This document shows positions 24,391 to 35,160 of a stretch of 64,000 nt of DNA, piece after piece. The notes beneath the pieces are model-generated. The model was not told where the DNA came from. It worked only from the letters and a program-made list of their open reading frames with translations, and ran no database searches. Source of the stretch: a virus (lineage: Duplodnaviria > Caudoviricetes); IMG/VR virus record IMGVR_UViG_3300021387_000796, positions 1 through 64,000 of that record; one strand, 5' to 3'. Made by a program: the position numbers and the translations under genes. Each line of letters starts with the position of its first letter. Within the stretch, counting starts at the first letter, position 1.

Positions 24391-25926
24391 ATGTCAGAAC
24401 ATAACTTGATTTTAGAATTTTATAAACCAACGTATAATCTTGATTTTGATTATGATGGTGACGGTGGATTGGATTTACATTTCACAAACATTAAAGGCGA
24501 GTTCTTCATGACGATGAATGACAGTTATAATGATATTTACATTGAAGATGAAGATTGTGAATTCTCAAAAGGTGAAATGTTTGCTACTGTAGATTTGGGT
24601 GACTTGGTTGAAAGAATTATCAGTGGTGAATTCAGACAGACCAATGGAAAGGCAATTAGTGATTGGGGTAAACGATTCATCGGTGATGGCGAAAAAAGAA
24701 TAGAATTTAATGGTAAGAATTATGCAGATGGTTCGTTATTTTGGGATGATTTCTTTAAGGAAATGCCAAAAGATGAAATTAAAGATTTTATGACATTCTG
24801 TGAAGATTATTTGTATTTGCCGAATATTGAAGTTGATACTGTTTCTAATAAATGGGATTTTGAAAACGGTAAAGTTGAATTGAAATCTAATGATAAATGG
24901 GGAATTGGAATTTCTGACGATTATAATATCATTTCAGTCGATGAATTCACTTGTGACTCTACAGATGCATTTGTTGCTTATGATGTTGCAAGTTCTGAAT
25001 TAGATGAAGATGATTTTTATGAATCAAAGAAATCTGCTAAAAGAAGTTTGAAAGAATCTACAAATGATGACATAGAAAATTATATTGATGATTTAAGAAC
25101 CTATTCAAAGAAAGATGTTCCTTCGTATTCGAAATCTTATTATTTTTGGAGTTATTATGAATTTAACATTTCAGATAACGAATGGACTAAAGTTTCTTTA
25201 AGCGGAAGAGATTATGCTAAATCATTGAAGGATGCTAATAATCTTGCAAAATCTGATGATGTTGTGAAAGCATATCTCGTGTTTAAAAATCCAAACAATT
25301 CAAATGAAAATTTTAAGGTTATCGTTAAGGAAAATGACTTGATGGAATCAAAGAAATCTGCTAAAAAGAGTTTAAAAGAAGAAGCAATGACTACAAAATT
25401 ATTTAGATTTATTCAAGATTTATATGATGTACATTATATAACAGAAGAACAGTTAAATAAATTTCAGAAACATGATTTTTCTAAAAAAGAAATTAAAGTT
25501 TTAGAACAGAATTATGAAATCTATAAAAACTCTAACGAATTTGATGAAATCAATAACGCTATCAAATCAACAGTAAATATGATTAATTCTTTTAAGGAGA
25601 GTTTGAAAGAATCAACAGATGAAGATTTTTCACTTTACGACCTTAATAAACACGACTCTTTTGTAAAAGAATGGGTTAAAAATATCAATAAAGAACTTAA
25701 AGATGTTTCTATTGAATCAATTGGTGATGATGAAATTGTATTTAGAGTTTGGTTTGATGAAACTATGGATTTGGATATTTTTGATGATATCGTAACTGAT
25801 TGTATGCCTAAAACATTAATTGAGTTTATGTCTGATATGAATATTGATTTTGGTTATCAGTTTGTGTATGAAGATGATAAATTTACAGAAAATGATTTTG
25901 TATTTATCAGATTTGTAGCATGGTAA
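24391..25926 (+). CDS. Acidic multi-module protein with ESKKSAKxSLKE linkers
   Basis: Linkers at 25021 and 25345, partial copy near 25590. Confidence 0.55.
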   Translation: MSEHNLILEFYKPTYNLDFDYDGDGGLDLHFTNIKGEFFMTMNDSYNDIYIEDEDCEFSKGEMFATVDLGDLVERIISGEFRQTNGKAISDWGKRFIGDGEKRIEFNGKNYADGSLFWDDFFKEMPKDEIKDFMTFCEDYLYLPNIEVDTVSNKWDFENGKVELKSNDKWGIGISDDYNIISVDEFTCDSTDAFVAYDVASSELDEDDFYESKKSAKRSLKESTNDDIENYIDDLRTYSKKDVPSYSKSYYFWSYYEFNISDNEWTKVSLSGRDYAKSLKDANNLAKSDDVVKAYLVFKNPNNSNENFKVIVKENDLMESKKSAKKSLKEEAMTTKLFRFIQDLYDVHYITEEQLNKFQKHDFSKKEIKVLEQNYEIYKNSNEFDEINNAIKSTVNMINSFKESLKESTDEDFSLYDLNKHDSFVKEWVKNINKELKDVSIESIGDDEIVFRVWFDETMDLDIFDDIVTDCMPKTLIEFMSDMNIDFGYQFVYEDDKFTENDFVFIRFVAW

Positions 25927-25942
25927 TATAGGAGAAAATAGT

Positions 25943-26746
25943 ATGATTATTGATTTAATTTTGGATAGAAAAGATGGTGAAGAATATAACGCAAGAGATT
26001 TTTATTACGCTTGCTTGCATTATGGTGAAGTTGGTGATGATATCACTCGTGCTTTAGATAGTGGTACAGAAAAAGATGTGAAGAAAGCATTGTGTGATTA
26101 TGTAATCGATAATGATTATAATAAAAATATTTGCAAATATATCAATTCTGTAAATTGGTTGGAAGGGTTTGAAGAATCAAAGAAGTCTGCAAGAAAATCT
26201 CTTACAGAAGGACTAAGATATGACCCTATAACTTTAGAATTAATTCAAGATGATATAGAATTATATTTTGAAAATAAAGGTTATGATGTAAAAATAATTG
26301 ATAGTGGAAAGGCTAAAGCGTTAAATGTGTCATATATTTATATCTGTAAAGGTAAAGATTTTAATAAAATTAAATCAGATGATTTGTATGATTTTTTATA
26401 TTCTGATGCAATCAACGGTTTACTTTATTATAACCATGATTTTAATGTAGTTGTTAAAAATAAGCAGATTATGATTATTTTGCCTAAAACACGTGATTAT
26501 ACGGAATCAAAGAAATTTATCAGAAAATCTTTGAAAGAAAAAATTACTGTTGCTAAATCATTGAAAATTATAGAAAAAGCATTGTTGGATTTGATTCATG
26601 ATGACACAATTCAAGAAGAGTTTAATATGGCTTTTGATGATGTTGATGGCATTTATGATTCTGTAGATGATATGTTTGAAGTTAGCGTACATAATGTACT
26701 GAATAAACTTCTTAAAGAACATACAATTACTGTGTTGCCGTTTTAA
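25943..26746 (+). CDS. Multi-module protein with ESKKxxRKSLxE linkers
   Basis: Linkers at 26174 and 26504. Confidence 0.55.
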   Translation: MIIDLILDRKDGEEYNARDFYYACLHYGEVGDDITRALDSGTEKDVKKALCDYVIDNDYNKNICKYINSVNWLEGFEESKKSARKSLTEGLRYDPITLELIQDDIELYFENKGYDVKIIDSGKAKALNVSYIYICKGKDFNKIKSDDLYDFLYSDAINGLLYYNHDFNVVVKNKQIMIILPKTRDYTESKKFIRKSLKEKITVAKSLKIIEKALLDLIHDDTIQEEFNMAFDDVDGIYDSVDDMFEVSVHNVLNKLLKEHTITVLPF

Positions 26747-27619
26747 TTAAAAATTTGTAAAAAATCATTGAAATGATGAAACTTTTGTGATATATCTATT
26801 ACAGAAGTTTTTTAATTAAAGGATAAAATATGTATTCAATGTGTGTTTATTATGCAATAAAATTATTTTCCATAAAGAATAACAAATACAGTTATTTGTA
26901 CGAAAGTAATCCTTATAAAACTGTTTATGAAGCAAATAAATTTTCTTCATACGAAGAAGGTCTTACTAGGATGAAAGAATTTTTTCGATTAGATTCAGAG
27001 AGAAAAGATTTCGATGTGAGCAAAAGTAAAGTTTGTAAAATCACTCTCATTGAAGAAGATATGTAGGAGATATAAATGCGGAATATAAAACTAACGGAAG
27101 AATATTTGGATAATCCTATTTGGACTGATGAACCTTTTTGTCAATGTGAAAAGAAAATAATTTGTAAATCAAGTGATTTTACGCATAACATCATTTATTG
27201 TGAATTGTGTGATTGTCCTATATTGGCAAAAGATATGAATAAGGTTATAAGATAATTGGAGGACATATGGAAGAAGATTTAGCGGAAGTCAATGAGATTT
27301 TAAGAAATAAAGGCAAAGATAAAAACATGCAGATTTTGAACAACATTTTGAAAGTAGCAGAAATGTTGAAATTTGACTTGTATGGAATCCGTAATAGAGT
27401 TAGTAACAAAATTATTGTTGTTGGATTGCTTGATGATAGAGTTATATTTGCGGACGCTACAAATTGGTTTCAAGCAAAAGTGTGGAGTGAAAAGGATGTT
27501 GTAGACGAAGTATATAGAATTATGTGCAACTTGGATAATGGATTTCAGATTAATTATTTTGTGGATAAATTATCTGATTTGGAATTGAAAGAATATTGTA
27601 AAATGAATAGGATATAAAT

Positions 27620-28456
27620 ATGATTGATTTTGAAAATATAGATTGTTTTGAGAAAATGAAATCTATGGAAAATAATTCTATAGATTTGATAATGACAGAC
27701 CCTCCTTATGGAATTTCATTTAAAGGTCAAACTTCAAATACAGAATGGGATAATATGACTGATGAAGAATATTCAGATTTTTTATTCCATTTATTTTTTG
27801 AATTTGAAAGGATATTAAAAGATAACGGAACGATTTGGTTATGTTGCGGTAGAACAAAAATTCCAATTGTGTTTGATGTATTAAAAAAGTTTGATAATTT
27901 GAATCTTAATCTTGACAATTGGCTTACTTATGTTAGAGCAAAAGGAAGGGGTTCAAAGAATAAATTGAAAAGTCAATGCGAAGAAGTTTTGCATATTTCA
28001 AAAGGTAAGAATTATAAATGGAATTCTGTTGAATATTTAAGGGAAGTTGTAGTGCCTTATATCAAAGACGGAAAACCTAGAGGGTGGATGATAGACCAAA
28101 ACACAGGTATGCGTGTTCGTTGGAGTGGTGTTGGAAATGCTTTGTTTTTCACCTCACCGTTTTTTAAAAATAAGTTTGAACCGCAAATTCATTCTACACA
28201 AAAACCTTTTCTGTTATGGGTAGAATTGTTGATGATTAGTTCAGATAAAAATGATGTTGTATTTGACCCCTTCAGTGGAAGTTGCTCTAGTGGAATCGCT
28301 TGTTCTGTTTGTGGTAGAAATTATATTGGATGTGAAATTGATAAAGATATGTATGATAAAGCAAATAATTGGTTGAATAATTATGACAAGGAACTTGTTA
28401 AAGAATATGTTGGAAGCAGAATAAGAAGAAATGAAGAAAGTATATTTGATATGTAA
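27620..28456 (+). CDS. N4-C/N6-A DNA methyltransferase, beta class
   Basis: Motifs TDPPY, HSTQKP and FDPFSGSCS. Confidence 0.9.
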   Translation: MIDFENIDCFEKMKSMENNSIDLIMTDPPYGISFKGQTSNTEWDNMTDEEYSDFLFHLFFEFERILKDNGTIWLCCGRTKIPIVFDVLKKFDNLNLNLDNWLTYVRAKGRGSKNKLKSQCEEVLHISKGKNYKWNSVEYLREVVVPYIKDGKPRGWMIDQNTGMRVRWSGVGNALFFTSPFFKNKFEPQIHSTQKPFLLWVELLMISSDKNDVVFDPFSGSCSSGIACSVCGRNYIGCEIDKDMYDKANNWLNNYDKELVKEYVGSRIRRNEESIFDM

Positions 28457-28470
28457 TAGGAAAATAAATT

Positions 28471-29334
28471 ATGAATTTTCAACCAGCGATTAAATGGAGT
28501 GGAAGTAAACGAAGTCAATGTGATGAAATTATTTCATACTTCCCTAGAAAAATAGAAAGTTATTATGAATCTTTTCTTGGTGGTGGTTCTGTGGCATATA
28601 GGCTTATGAATTCCGATATAAAAGTGAATAAGTTTATTTTGTCCGATTTGAATTCGGATTTGATAAATTTATATAAACTCATACAGAATGATTATAAGTC
28701 AATTATTTCTCACTATGAACTTTTATGGAATGAATTAAACAAAGATTCAGATTTTGAAAGAAAGAAATTGTATTTTGCAGAAATAAGAAAAAGATTGAAT
28801 GAAAAACATGACCCTAAAGATTTTATGTTTATAATGCGTACAACCACAAACGGTATGCCAAGATATAATTCTGATGGAGAATTCAACAATTCTTTTCATG
28901 TAACAAGAAATGGAATCGAGCCGTTTAGATTGGAAAAGATATTAAAAGAATGGAATAATACATTGAATAATCATAATGTGGAATTTATAAATGCAAGTTA
29001 TGATACATTCAGTCCGAATGAAAATGATTTTTGTTATTACGACCCACCTTATGCTAACACTAAAGGAATGTATTTTGGTGCAATAAATAATAATAAATTT
29101 TTTAACTTTCTTCAAAATTTAAAATGCTCATATTGTTTTTCATTTGATGGGTATTGTGAAGATGAAGACTCGACTTATGATGTGCCGAAGTCTGTTTATG
29201 ACAAACATGTTTATTTGAAAAACGGAAATTCATCATTTAGAAGGGTTATAGGAAATAAGACTGATGAAATAGTATATGAAAGTTTATATGTAAAAGGTTG
29301 TGAAAAACAAAATGAAAGTTTGTTTGATATGTAA
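28471..29334 (+). CDS. DNA adenine methyltransferase, Dam/D12 class
   Basis: Motifs KWSGSK, ESFLGGGSV and YDPPY. Confidence 0.88.
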   Translation: MNFQPAIKWSGSKRSQCDEIISYFPRKIESYYESFLGGGSVAYRLMNSDIKVNKFILSDLNSDLINLYKLIQNDYKSIISHYELLWNELNKDSDFERKKLYFAEIRKRLNEKHDPKDFMFIMRTTTNGMPRYNSDGEFNNSFHVTRNGIEPFRLEKILKEWNNTLNNHNVEFINASYDTFSPNENDFCYYDPPYANTKGMYFGAINNNKFFNFLQNLKCSYCFSFDGYCEDEDSTYDVPKSVYDKHVYLKNGNSSFRRVIGNKTDEIVYESLYVKGCEKQNESLFDM

Positions 29335-29407
29335 AAATTTTCAGTTTAGAATTGAAATTATTTCAGAAAGAGCATAAAATCATATAAAACAACATAAGGA
29401 TTAAGAT

Positions 29408-31654
29408 ATGAGCGAAACAAATGTAAAGACTGTAAAGAAAATCAAGAAAGTTGTGAGTGAACCGAATTTTATTGGTGTTGATTTCAGTAAATGTAATGAT
29501 GTAGGAACTTGTAATGGGGAAGTTGTAAATATATGTAAAGCCGAATTTGTAGGTATGAGTACAGTAAAAGAAAATTATACCACAAGTCCTAATGCAGTAA
29601 AAAAAGTAAAGAAGATTGTGAAAGATGAATCTACTGTGAAGTCTAATGCTATGAACAATTCTCCTTGCGATTTCAGTGATTTTGAAAGTGGTAAGATTGA
29701 AATACCTAGTTCTGCTAATGTGCCGACTGTGAAAAAGGTGAAGAAGTGCGTGGTAGAAAAAGTAATAGATGATTCGGAAGTTGATTGTAGTAAGCAGATT
29801 GTGTTCACTAGAGTTACGGATTTGAATGCGGATGATTATAAGGATTTTTTTACAAAAGAAAGATTTCCTAGAAATGCCATTTTTTTTGATTTTGAGGTAT
29901 ATAAGTATGATTGGTGTGTTACATTCTACGATGTGATGAATTACAAAAAGACTGTAATTGTAAATCAAAGAAAATCTTTACTTGAATTTTATTATAAAAA
30001 TAAGTCCAATTTGTTTTTTGCATTTAACAATAGAAATTATGATAATTTTATTTTCAAGGGTATTATTTTAGGAATGAATCCTAAAGAAATAAATGATAAA
30101 ATTGTTTATGATGGTCTTAAAGGATTTCAGATTTCAGATAAATTTAAAGATATAGAATTGTATGCTTTCGATTGTTATATTTTGGGGCATAGTCTTAAAC
30201 AATATGAATCATTTTTACAAATGGAAATAAATGAGGACCACACCCCGTTTGATATAAACAGATTGCTTACTAATGATGAATGGACTGAAATTTTAAAATA
30301 TAATGACCATGATGTAAAAAGTTGTATAGAAGTATTTAAGAGAAGTCCATATACTTATGACGCTCATATGGGTTTAATTGAGATGTTTGATTATCTTTCA
30401 TTCAATGAAATTAATAAAACATCAGCGCAAATTGTAGCGGATATTTTGAAATGTAAGAAAGGTACACATGATGATTCTGACCAATGGAATATCGTATGTC
30501 CACCAAATTTGCAAGTAAAAAAATATAAATATGTTATAGATTGGTTTTTGAATCCTCAAAATCATGATTTGAGTAAAAAGGCTGATTTTGAAATTATGGG
30601 ATTAAAACATACAATTGGATGGGGTGGAATTCATGCTTCGGTTGCAAAGGAATATATTGATAATAAAGACGGTGGAATTATAATGCATCTTGATGTCAAT
30701 AGTTACTACCCAAGTCTTGGAATTTTTGCAAAAGTATATCCAGAAGATAAGACTATTTTTGAACTTGCTTTTGGTAAAGAAGGTCATAAAATTTATAAAG
30801 AAATTTATGAAAAACGATTACAATTAAAACGAGAAGGTAAAAAGAAAGAACAAGCACCGTTAAAAATTGTTTTAAACGGAACATATGGTATCCTCCGTGA
30901 TAAAAATTCCAATGCTTATTATCCTAGAGGTGCAACATTAATTTCTGTTTATGGACAGATGTATCTTGTAGACTTAATTGAACATCTCGAAGAAGCAAAG
31001 TGTTGTAGAATTTTGAACTCAAATACAGATGGCTTGCTAGTAAAATGTTTTTCTGAAAAAGATATTGAAACTGTAGAAAGGATTAGACAAGACTGGGAAC
31101 ATAGGAGTTTGATGGGTTTGGCTCGTGACGATATTAACTATGCTTATTTTAAAGATGTCAATAATTATTTGTTTGAATTCGCTAATGGTAAAATCGAAGT
31201 AAAAGGTTCTTATGTAAAAGAGACAAATGATTTGGATAATGATTTACCTATTGTGAATGAATGTATCAGAGAATATATCATGCACAAAATCAATGTTGAA
31301 GAATTTATAAATAATTGTGATGAACTTTGGCGATTTATGAAAACATTCAAGTTGAGTGGTAATTATAAAGAAGTTTATCATAACGGAATAAAATATACCA
31401 ATAAGTGTTATCGTGTATTTGCTAGTAAAGATTTGAAAGATACATATTTAGGTAAAAAGAAAGCGGATAGCGATACTATTGAAAAATTTGCAGGACAATC
31501 AGACCATGTATTTATCGAAAACGGTGATATTCATGATAAAAAATGTTCAGAATATCCAATGCTAGATAAACAATGGTATATAAATTTAATATACGACCGT
31601 CTTGAAGATTTCGGTATAGATGCAAGACCTAGTATGTTTGAGGAATTCTTTTAA
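29408..31654 (+). CDS. DNA polymerase family B with 3'-5' exonuclease
   Basis: Exonuclease motifs FDFE, FNNRNYD and YNDHD. Polymerase motifs DVNSYYPS, KIVLNGTYG and NTDG. Confidence 0.9.
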   Translation: MSETNVKTVKKIKKVVSEPNFIGVDFSKCNDVGTCNGEVVNICKAEFVGMSTVKENYTTSPNAVKKVKKIVKDESTVKSNAMNNSPCDFSDFESGKIEIPSSANVPTVKKVKKCVVEKVIDDSEVDCSKQIVFTRVTDLNADDYKDFFTKERFPRNAIFFDFEVYKYDWCVTFYDVMNYKKTVIVNQRKSLLEFYYKNKSNLFFAFNNRNYDNFIFKGIILGMNPKEINDKIVYDGLKGFQISDKFKDIELYAFDCYILGHSLKQYESFLQMEINEDHTPFDINRLLTNDEWTEILKYNDHDVKSCIEVFKRSPYTYDAHMGLIEMFDYLSFNEINKTSAQIVADILKCKKGTHDDSDQWNIVCPPNLQVKKYKYVIDWFLNPQNHDLSKKADFEIMGLKHTIGWGGIHASVAKEYIDNKDGGIIMHLDVNSYYPSLGIFAKVYPEDKTIFELAFGKEGHKIYKEIYEKRLQLKREGKKKEQAPLKIVLNGTYGILRDKNSNAYYPRGATLISVYGQMYLVDLIEHLEEAKCCRILNSNTDGLLVKCFSEKDIETVERIRQDWEHRSLMGLARDDINYAYFKDVNNYLFEFANGKIEVKGSYVKETNDLDNDLPIVNECIREYIMHKINVEEFINNCDELWRFMKTFKLSGNYKEVYHNGIKYTNKCYRVFASKDLKDTYLGKKKADSDTIEKFAGQSDHVFIENGDIHDKKCSEYPMLDKQWYINLIYDRLEDFGIDARPSMFEEFF

Positions 31655-31754
31655 TTAGAGATTTTATGCAGTTAAGGGGATAAATTTACCAAAAATCGAC
31701 AAATTTACCCCTTTAACTACGGATTTTATGAAATTAAGAATTTTTGAGGAATGT

Positions 31755-32492
31755 ATGACAGAAACATTATATAAAGGCGATTGTCTTATTGAGATGAATA
31801 AAATTGCTGATAAATCGGTGGATATGATTTTGTGTGATTTACCGTATGGAACGACTGCTTGTTCTTGGGATGTTATTATTCCATTTGATAAATTATGGGA
31901 ACAATATAATCGAATTATAAAACCAAATTGTGCGATTGTTTTGTTTGGTTCACAACCTTTTATTACAAAATTGATTAATAGCAACATTGATAATTATAAA
32001 TATTCTTGGTATTGGATAAAAAATCAAGGTACGAATTTTTTTCATGCAAAACATATGCCTATAAGAAAAGTGGAAGAAATAGCAGTATTTAATGATTATT
32101 TAACTTACAACGCCATCAAATCTAAAGGACACGAACCTACTAGGTCTGCTAAAAATTGTTCTAACGGAAAATGTTATTTTGGAAAAAATAAAAGAAATTA
32201 TATAGGTGGTAGCACAGAAAGATTCCCAACCGATGTGTTAGAATTTAAATGTGTGAATAATTATGAAAGAAATCATCCTAATCAAAAACCTACAGACCTT
32301 TTGGAATATTTGATAAAAACTTATACTTTTGAAAATGAAACAGTTTTGGACAATTGTATGGGAAGTGGTTCAACAGGAGTTGCTTGCATAAATACCAACC
32401 GTAATTTCATTGGAATAGAAAAAGATGATACATATTTTGAGATTGCCAAAAATAGAATAGAAAAGGCGAAAGAAAGTTTGTTCGACATGTAG
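31755..32492 (+). CDS. N4-C/N6-A DNA methyltransferase, beta class
   Basis: Motifs CDLPYG, HPNQKP and LDNCMGSGSTG. ATG 31755 follows GAGGA. Confidence 0.9.
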   Translation: MTETLYKGDCLIEMNKIADKSVDMILCDLPYGTTACSWDVIIPFDKLWEQYNRIIKPNCAIVLFGSQPFITKLINSNIDNYKYSWYWIKNQGTNFFHAKHMPIRKVEEIAVFNDYLTYNAIKSKGHEPTRSAKNCSNGKCYFGKNKRNYIGGSTERFPTDVLEFKCVNNYERNHPNQKPTDLLEYLIKTYTFENETVLDNCMGSGSTGVACINTNRNFIGIEKDDTYFEIAKNRIEKAKESLFDM

Positions 32493-32551
32493 GAGAATTT
32501 TTCTTGACATTTTCTATAAAATCTACTATATTATATGTAAGAAGTAATCCG

Positions 32552-32606
32552 TAAGTTCCGCTAAAACCTATGGTGCATTTCTTAGCGGAACTTAGTGCAT
32601 TGTAGG
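32552..32606 (+). promoter_or_regulatory. Putative pseudoknot or switch overlapping the SD of the downstream endonuclease
   Basis: Stem A 32552-64/32582-94 (13 bp, perfect). Stem B 32567-78/32595-606 covers part of AGGAGG. Confidence 0.55.
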
Positions 32607-32614
32607 AGGAATTT

Positions 32615-33823
32615 ATGGATTATATCTCTGTTAAAAAACTTTCAGAAAAATACAAAATTGATTTCTATCAGTTTATTTCTTATCTTGAATTTTTGAACAT
32701 TCCTATTGAAATCGAAAATAATGCTAAATGTGTTCTCATTGAGAATATTCCTATTATTGAAAAATTTGTTTCTACTTATACAACGAATCAGATAAAATAT
32801 ATTAAATCACATAATATTAAAAATTTTTACGAAGGTACTCTTCTTTTAGATTTGCTTAAAAAATATAATCTAAATGAAAAACAATTTAGAATAAAATGCG
32901 AACATGTTAATCTTGAATTCAAATATGTTTATTCTAATGAAGAATGTGAAAGATTTGATGAATTTATGAAAAGTATCTCAACGTTTAATCGTGCGGAATT
33001 AAGAGATTTGAAATATACTAAAGATGGTTGGATTCCATTAAGAAATATTATTGATAAACTTGGTAAAAAATATGATTTTTGTGAAAATACTGCGTTAGCG
33101 ATTCTTGAACATCTAGGAATTAAAGTTTATAAACCATCTCATCAATTTGCTTTCATTAATGAAGAGCAGAAAGAAAAATTTGAAGATTTTCTTAAAGGAT
33201 TTGGTTCGGCAAAAGAAAGAAAATTATTTTTTCAAGAACAAACTTGTATGAAAAAATATGGAGTTGATAATCCTTCTCGTTCTAATGAAGCGAGAAACAA
33301 GATTTCTGAAAAAGTAAAAGAATCTTGTACTGATGAAAGACAAAAGAAAATAGAAGAAACCAAATTAAAGAAATATGGTAAACGTTCAATTACTGATTCA
33401 GAAAAATCAATGAAAAGTAGAATTGAAAATCACGGAACTTTATCAGTAACGCATCAATATATGTTTGAGAAATTAGAATTTCATAGTTCATGGGAAGTTT
33501 ATTTTTATATTTATAATAAATATATTCTTAAAAATAATATAACTAAAGGCAAGATTTTTGAATATAAATATAATGGTAATATTCATCGTTATGAATGTGA
33601 TTTCTTAGTAAATGGTGAAAATATTGAAATTAAAGGTGGACAATTGTTAGATGAAGATGGAAATCTTAAACAAATGAAAAATCGTGAATGGGATATGTGT
33701 AAACAAAAATGTATGGAAGAAAATAATGTGAAACTCATTATAAAGAAAGATATAATTAAAATTATGAAAATTGTAGATGAAAAATATGGTAAAAATTATG
33801 TAGAACAGTTTAAAACAAGATGA
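32615..33823 (+). CDS. Putative homing-type endonuclease (TCMKKYGVDNP repeat plus PD-(D/E)xK-like C-terminus)
   Basis: FHSSWE...Y.CDF.V....IEIKG. The repeat is shared with 40254. Confidence 0.65.
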   Translation: MDYISVKKLSEKYKIDFYQFISYLEFLNIPIEIENNAKCVLIENIPIIEKFVSTYTTNQIKYIKSHNIKNFYEGTLLLDLLKKYNLNEKQFRIKCEHVNLEFKYVYSNEECERFDEFMKSISTFNRAELRDLKYTKDGWIPLRNIIDKLGKKYDFCENTALAILEHLGIKVYKPSHQFAFINEEQKEKFEDFLKGFGSAKERKLFFQEQTCMKKYGVDNPSRSNEARNKISEKVKESCTDERQKKIEETKLKKYGKRSITDSEKSMKSRIENHGTLSVTHQYMFEKLEFHSSWEVYFYIYNKYILKNNITKGKIFEYKYNGNIHRYECDFLVNGENIEIKGGQLLDEDGNLKQMKNREWDMCKQKCMEENNVKLIIKKDIIKIMKIVDEKYGKNYVEQFKTR

Positions 33824-33826
33824 TTT

Positions 33827-35158
33827 ATGGAGAAATACATGAAAATATACAACGAAACCAATGTGTTTGAAGAATCTCAGAAACGGATAGAATTTCTATT
33901 CGACCGTTATCAGAATATAATTGTACCATTCAGTGGTGGTAAGGATTCAACTGTTTGTCTAAATCTTGTTGTTGATTATGCTAGGAAACATAATCTGATT
34001 GACCGAGTTTGTATTGTACATGAAGATTTTGAAGCACAGTATGATATGACTACGGAATTTGTTGATGAAACCTTCAAATCATTGTCTGATATAAAGCATA
34101 AATATTGGTTGTGTCTACCGTTCAAGGCTCAGAATTGTTGCTCGTTGGAATCGAAGGGGTTTTGGAGACCTTGGAATAAAGAACAGAGAGAAATTTGGGT
34201 AAGAGAATTACCGAACTATGATTATGTAGTTACGGAAGAAAATTGTCCGTTTAATTTTGATTATGAATGGTGGGATAAGGATTTGTTATCTGCATTTTCA
34301 AATTGGTTTTCTAGTAAATATGGAAAATCTGTGAATGCTTGTGGCATTCGAGCAGAAGAATCTTATGACCGTTACATGTTGGTTACAAGTGGTTCACATT
34401 CTTTTGACAATCACCGCATTGAAAGTGGCAACAGATGGATTGTGGAAAATGAACTTTCATCGATGTCATATCCGATTTATGATTGGATTGTAGAAGATGT
34501 ATGGGTGTACTTTGCGAAGAGTGGGAAGACATATAACAAGTTGTATGATTTGTATTATAAAGCAAGTCTTTCAGTAGACCAAATGCGTGTAGCAAGTCCA
34601 TTCAATAATCAAGCCAATGCAACATTAAAATTTTATAAGTGTATTAATCCTTCGATGTGGGGAAGAATGATTTCTCGTGTACAAGGTGCAAACTTTGTTT
34701 CCCTTTATGGTGATACAAAACTTATGGGATGGAGAGATTGTAAACTTCCGAAAAACTACACATGGAGAACTTACTGTGAATTTTTGCTGAACACTTGTAG
34801 CGAAGATGTGAAAAATCATTTTATAGAAAAGTTTACTACTAGTATAAGTTATTGGTGTAAGGGAAAAGGTGCATTCATTGACCCACAGAGCATCGATGAG
34901 ATACACGAATTTTATAAAGATATTGAAATTGAAGATTTGGGAGAAAGTTCTAGATATAAAAATAAACATCTTGTGAGGTTTAAGAATTATCCTGACGATT
35001 TAAGTTTGTGTAAGAAATGGATGGATTTACCGTCTTACAAGAGAATGTGTGTAACAATTTTGAAGAATGATTACATTTGTAAAACAATGGGATTTTCACC
35101 TAGCAAGACGGAATCAGAAAAAAGAAAAATAGCATTGGAAAAATTTAAGGAGTTGTAA
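33827..35158 (+). CDS. PAPS-reductase-like protein (IbrA/YbdN, DUF3440)
   Basis: Motifs FSGGKDS, GIRAEES, YPIYDW..EDVW, QMRVASPF and PSYKRMC. Confidence 0.88.
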   Translation: MEKYMKIYNETNVFEESQKRIEFLFDRYQNIIVPFSGGKDSTVCLNLVVDYARKHNLIDRVCIVHEDFEAQYDMTTEFVDETFKSLSDIKHKYWLCLPFKAQNCCSLESKGFWRPWNKEQREIWVRELPNYDYVVTEENCPFNFDYEWWDKDLLSAFSNWFSSKYGKSVNACGIRAEESYDRYMLVTSGSHSFDNHRIESGNRWIVENELSSMSYPIYDWIVEDVWVYFAKSGKTYNKLYDLYYKASLSVDQMRVASPFNNQANATLKFYKCINPSMWGRMISRVQGANFVSLYGDTKLMGWRDCKLPKNYTWRTYCEFLLNTCSEDVKNHFIEKFTTSISYWCKGKGAFIDPQSIDEIHEFYKDIEIEDLGESSRYKNKHLVRFKNYPDDLSLCKKWMDLPSYKRMCVTILKNDYICKTMGFSPSKTESEKRKIALEKFKEL

Positions 35159-35160
35159 TT

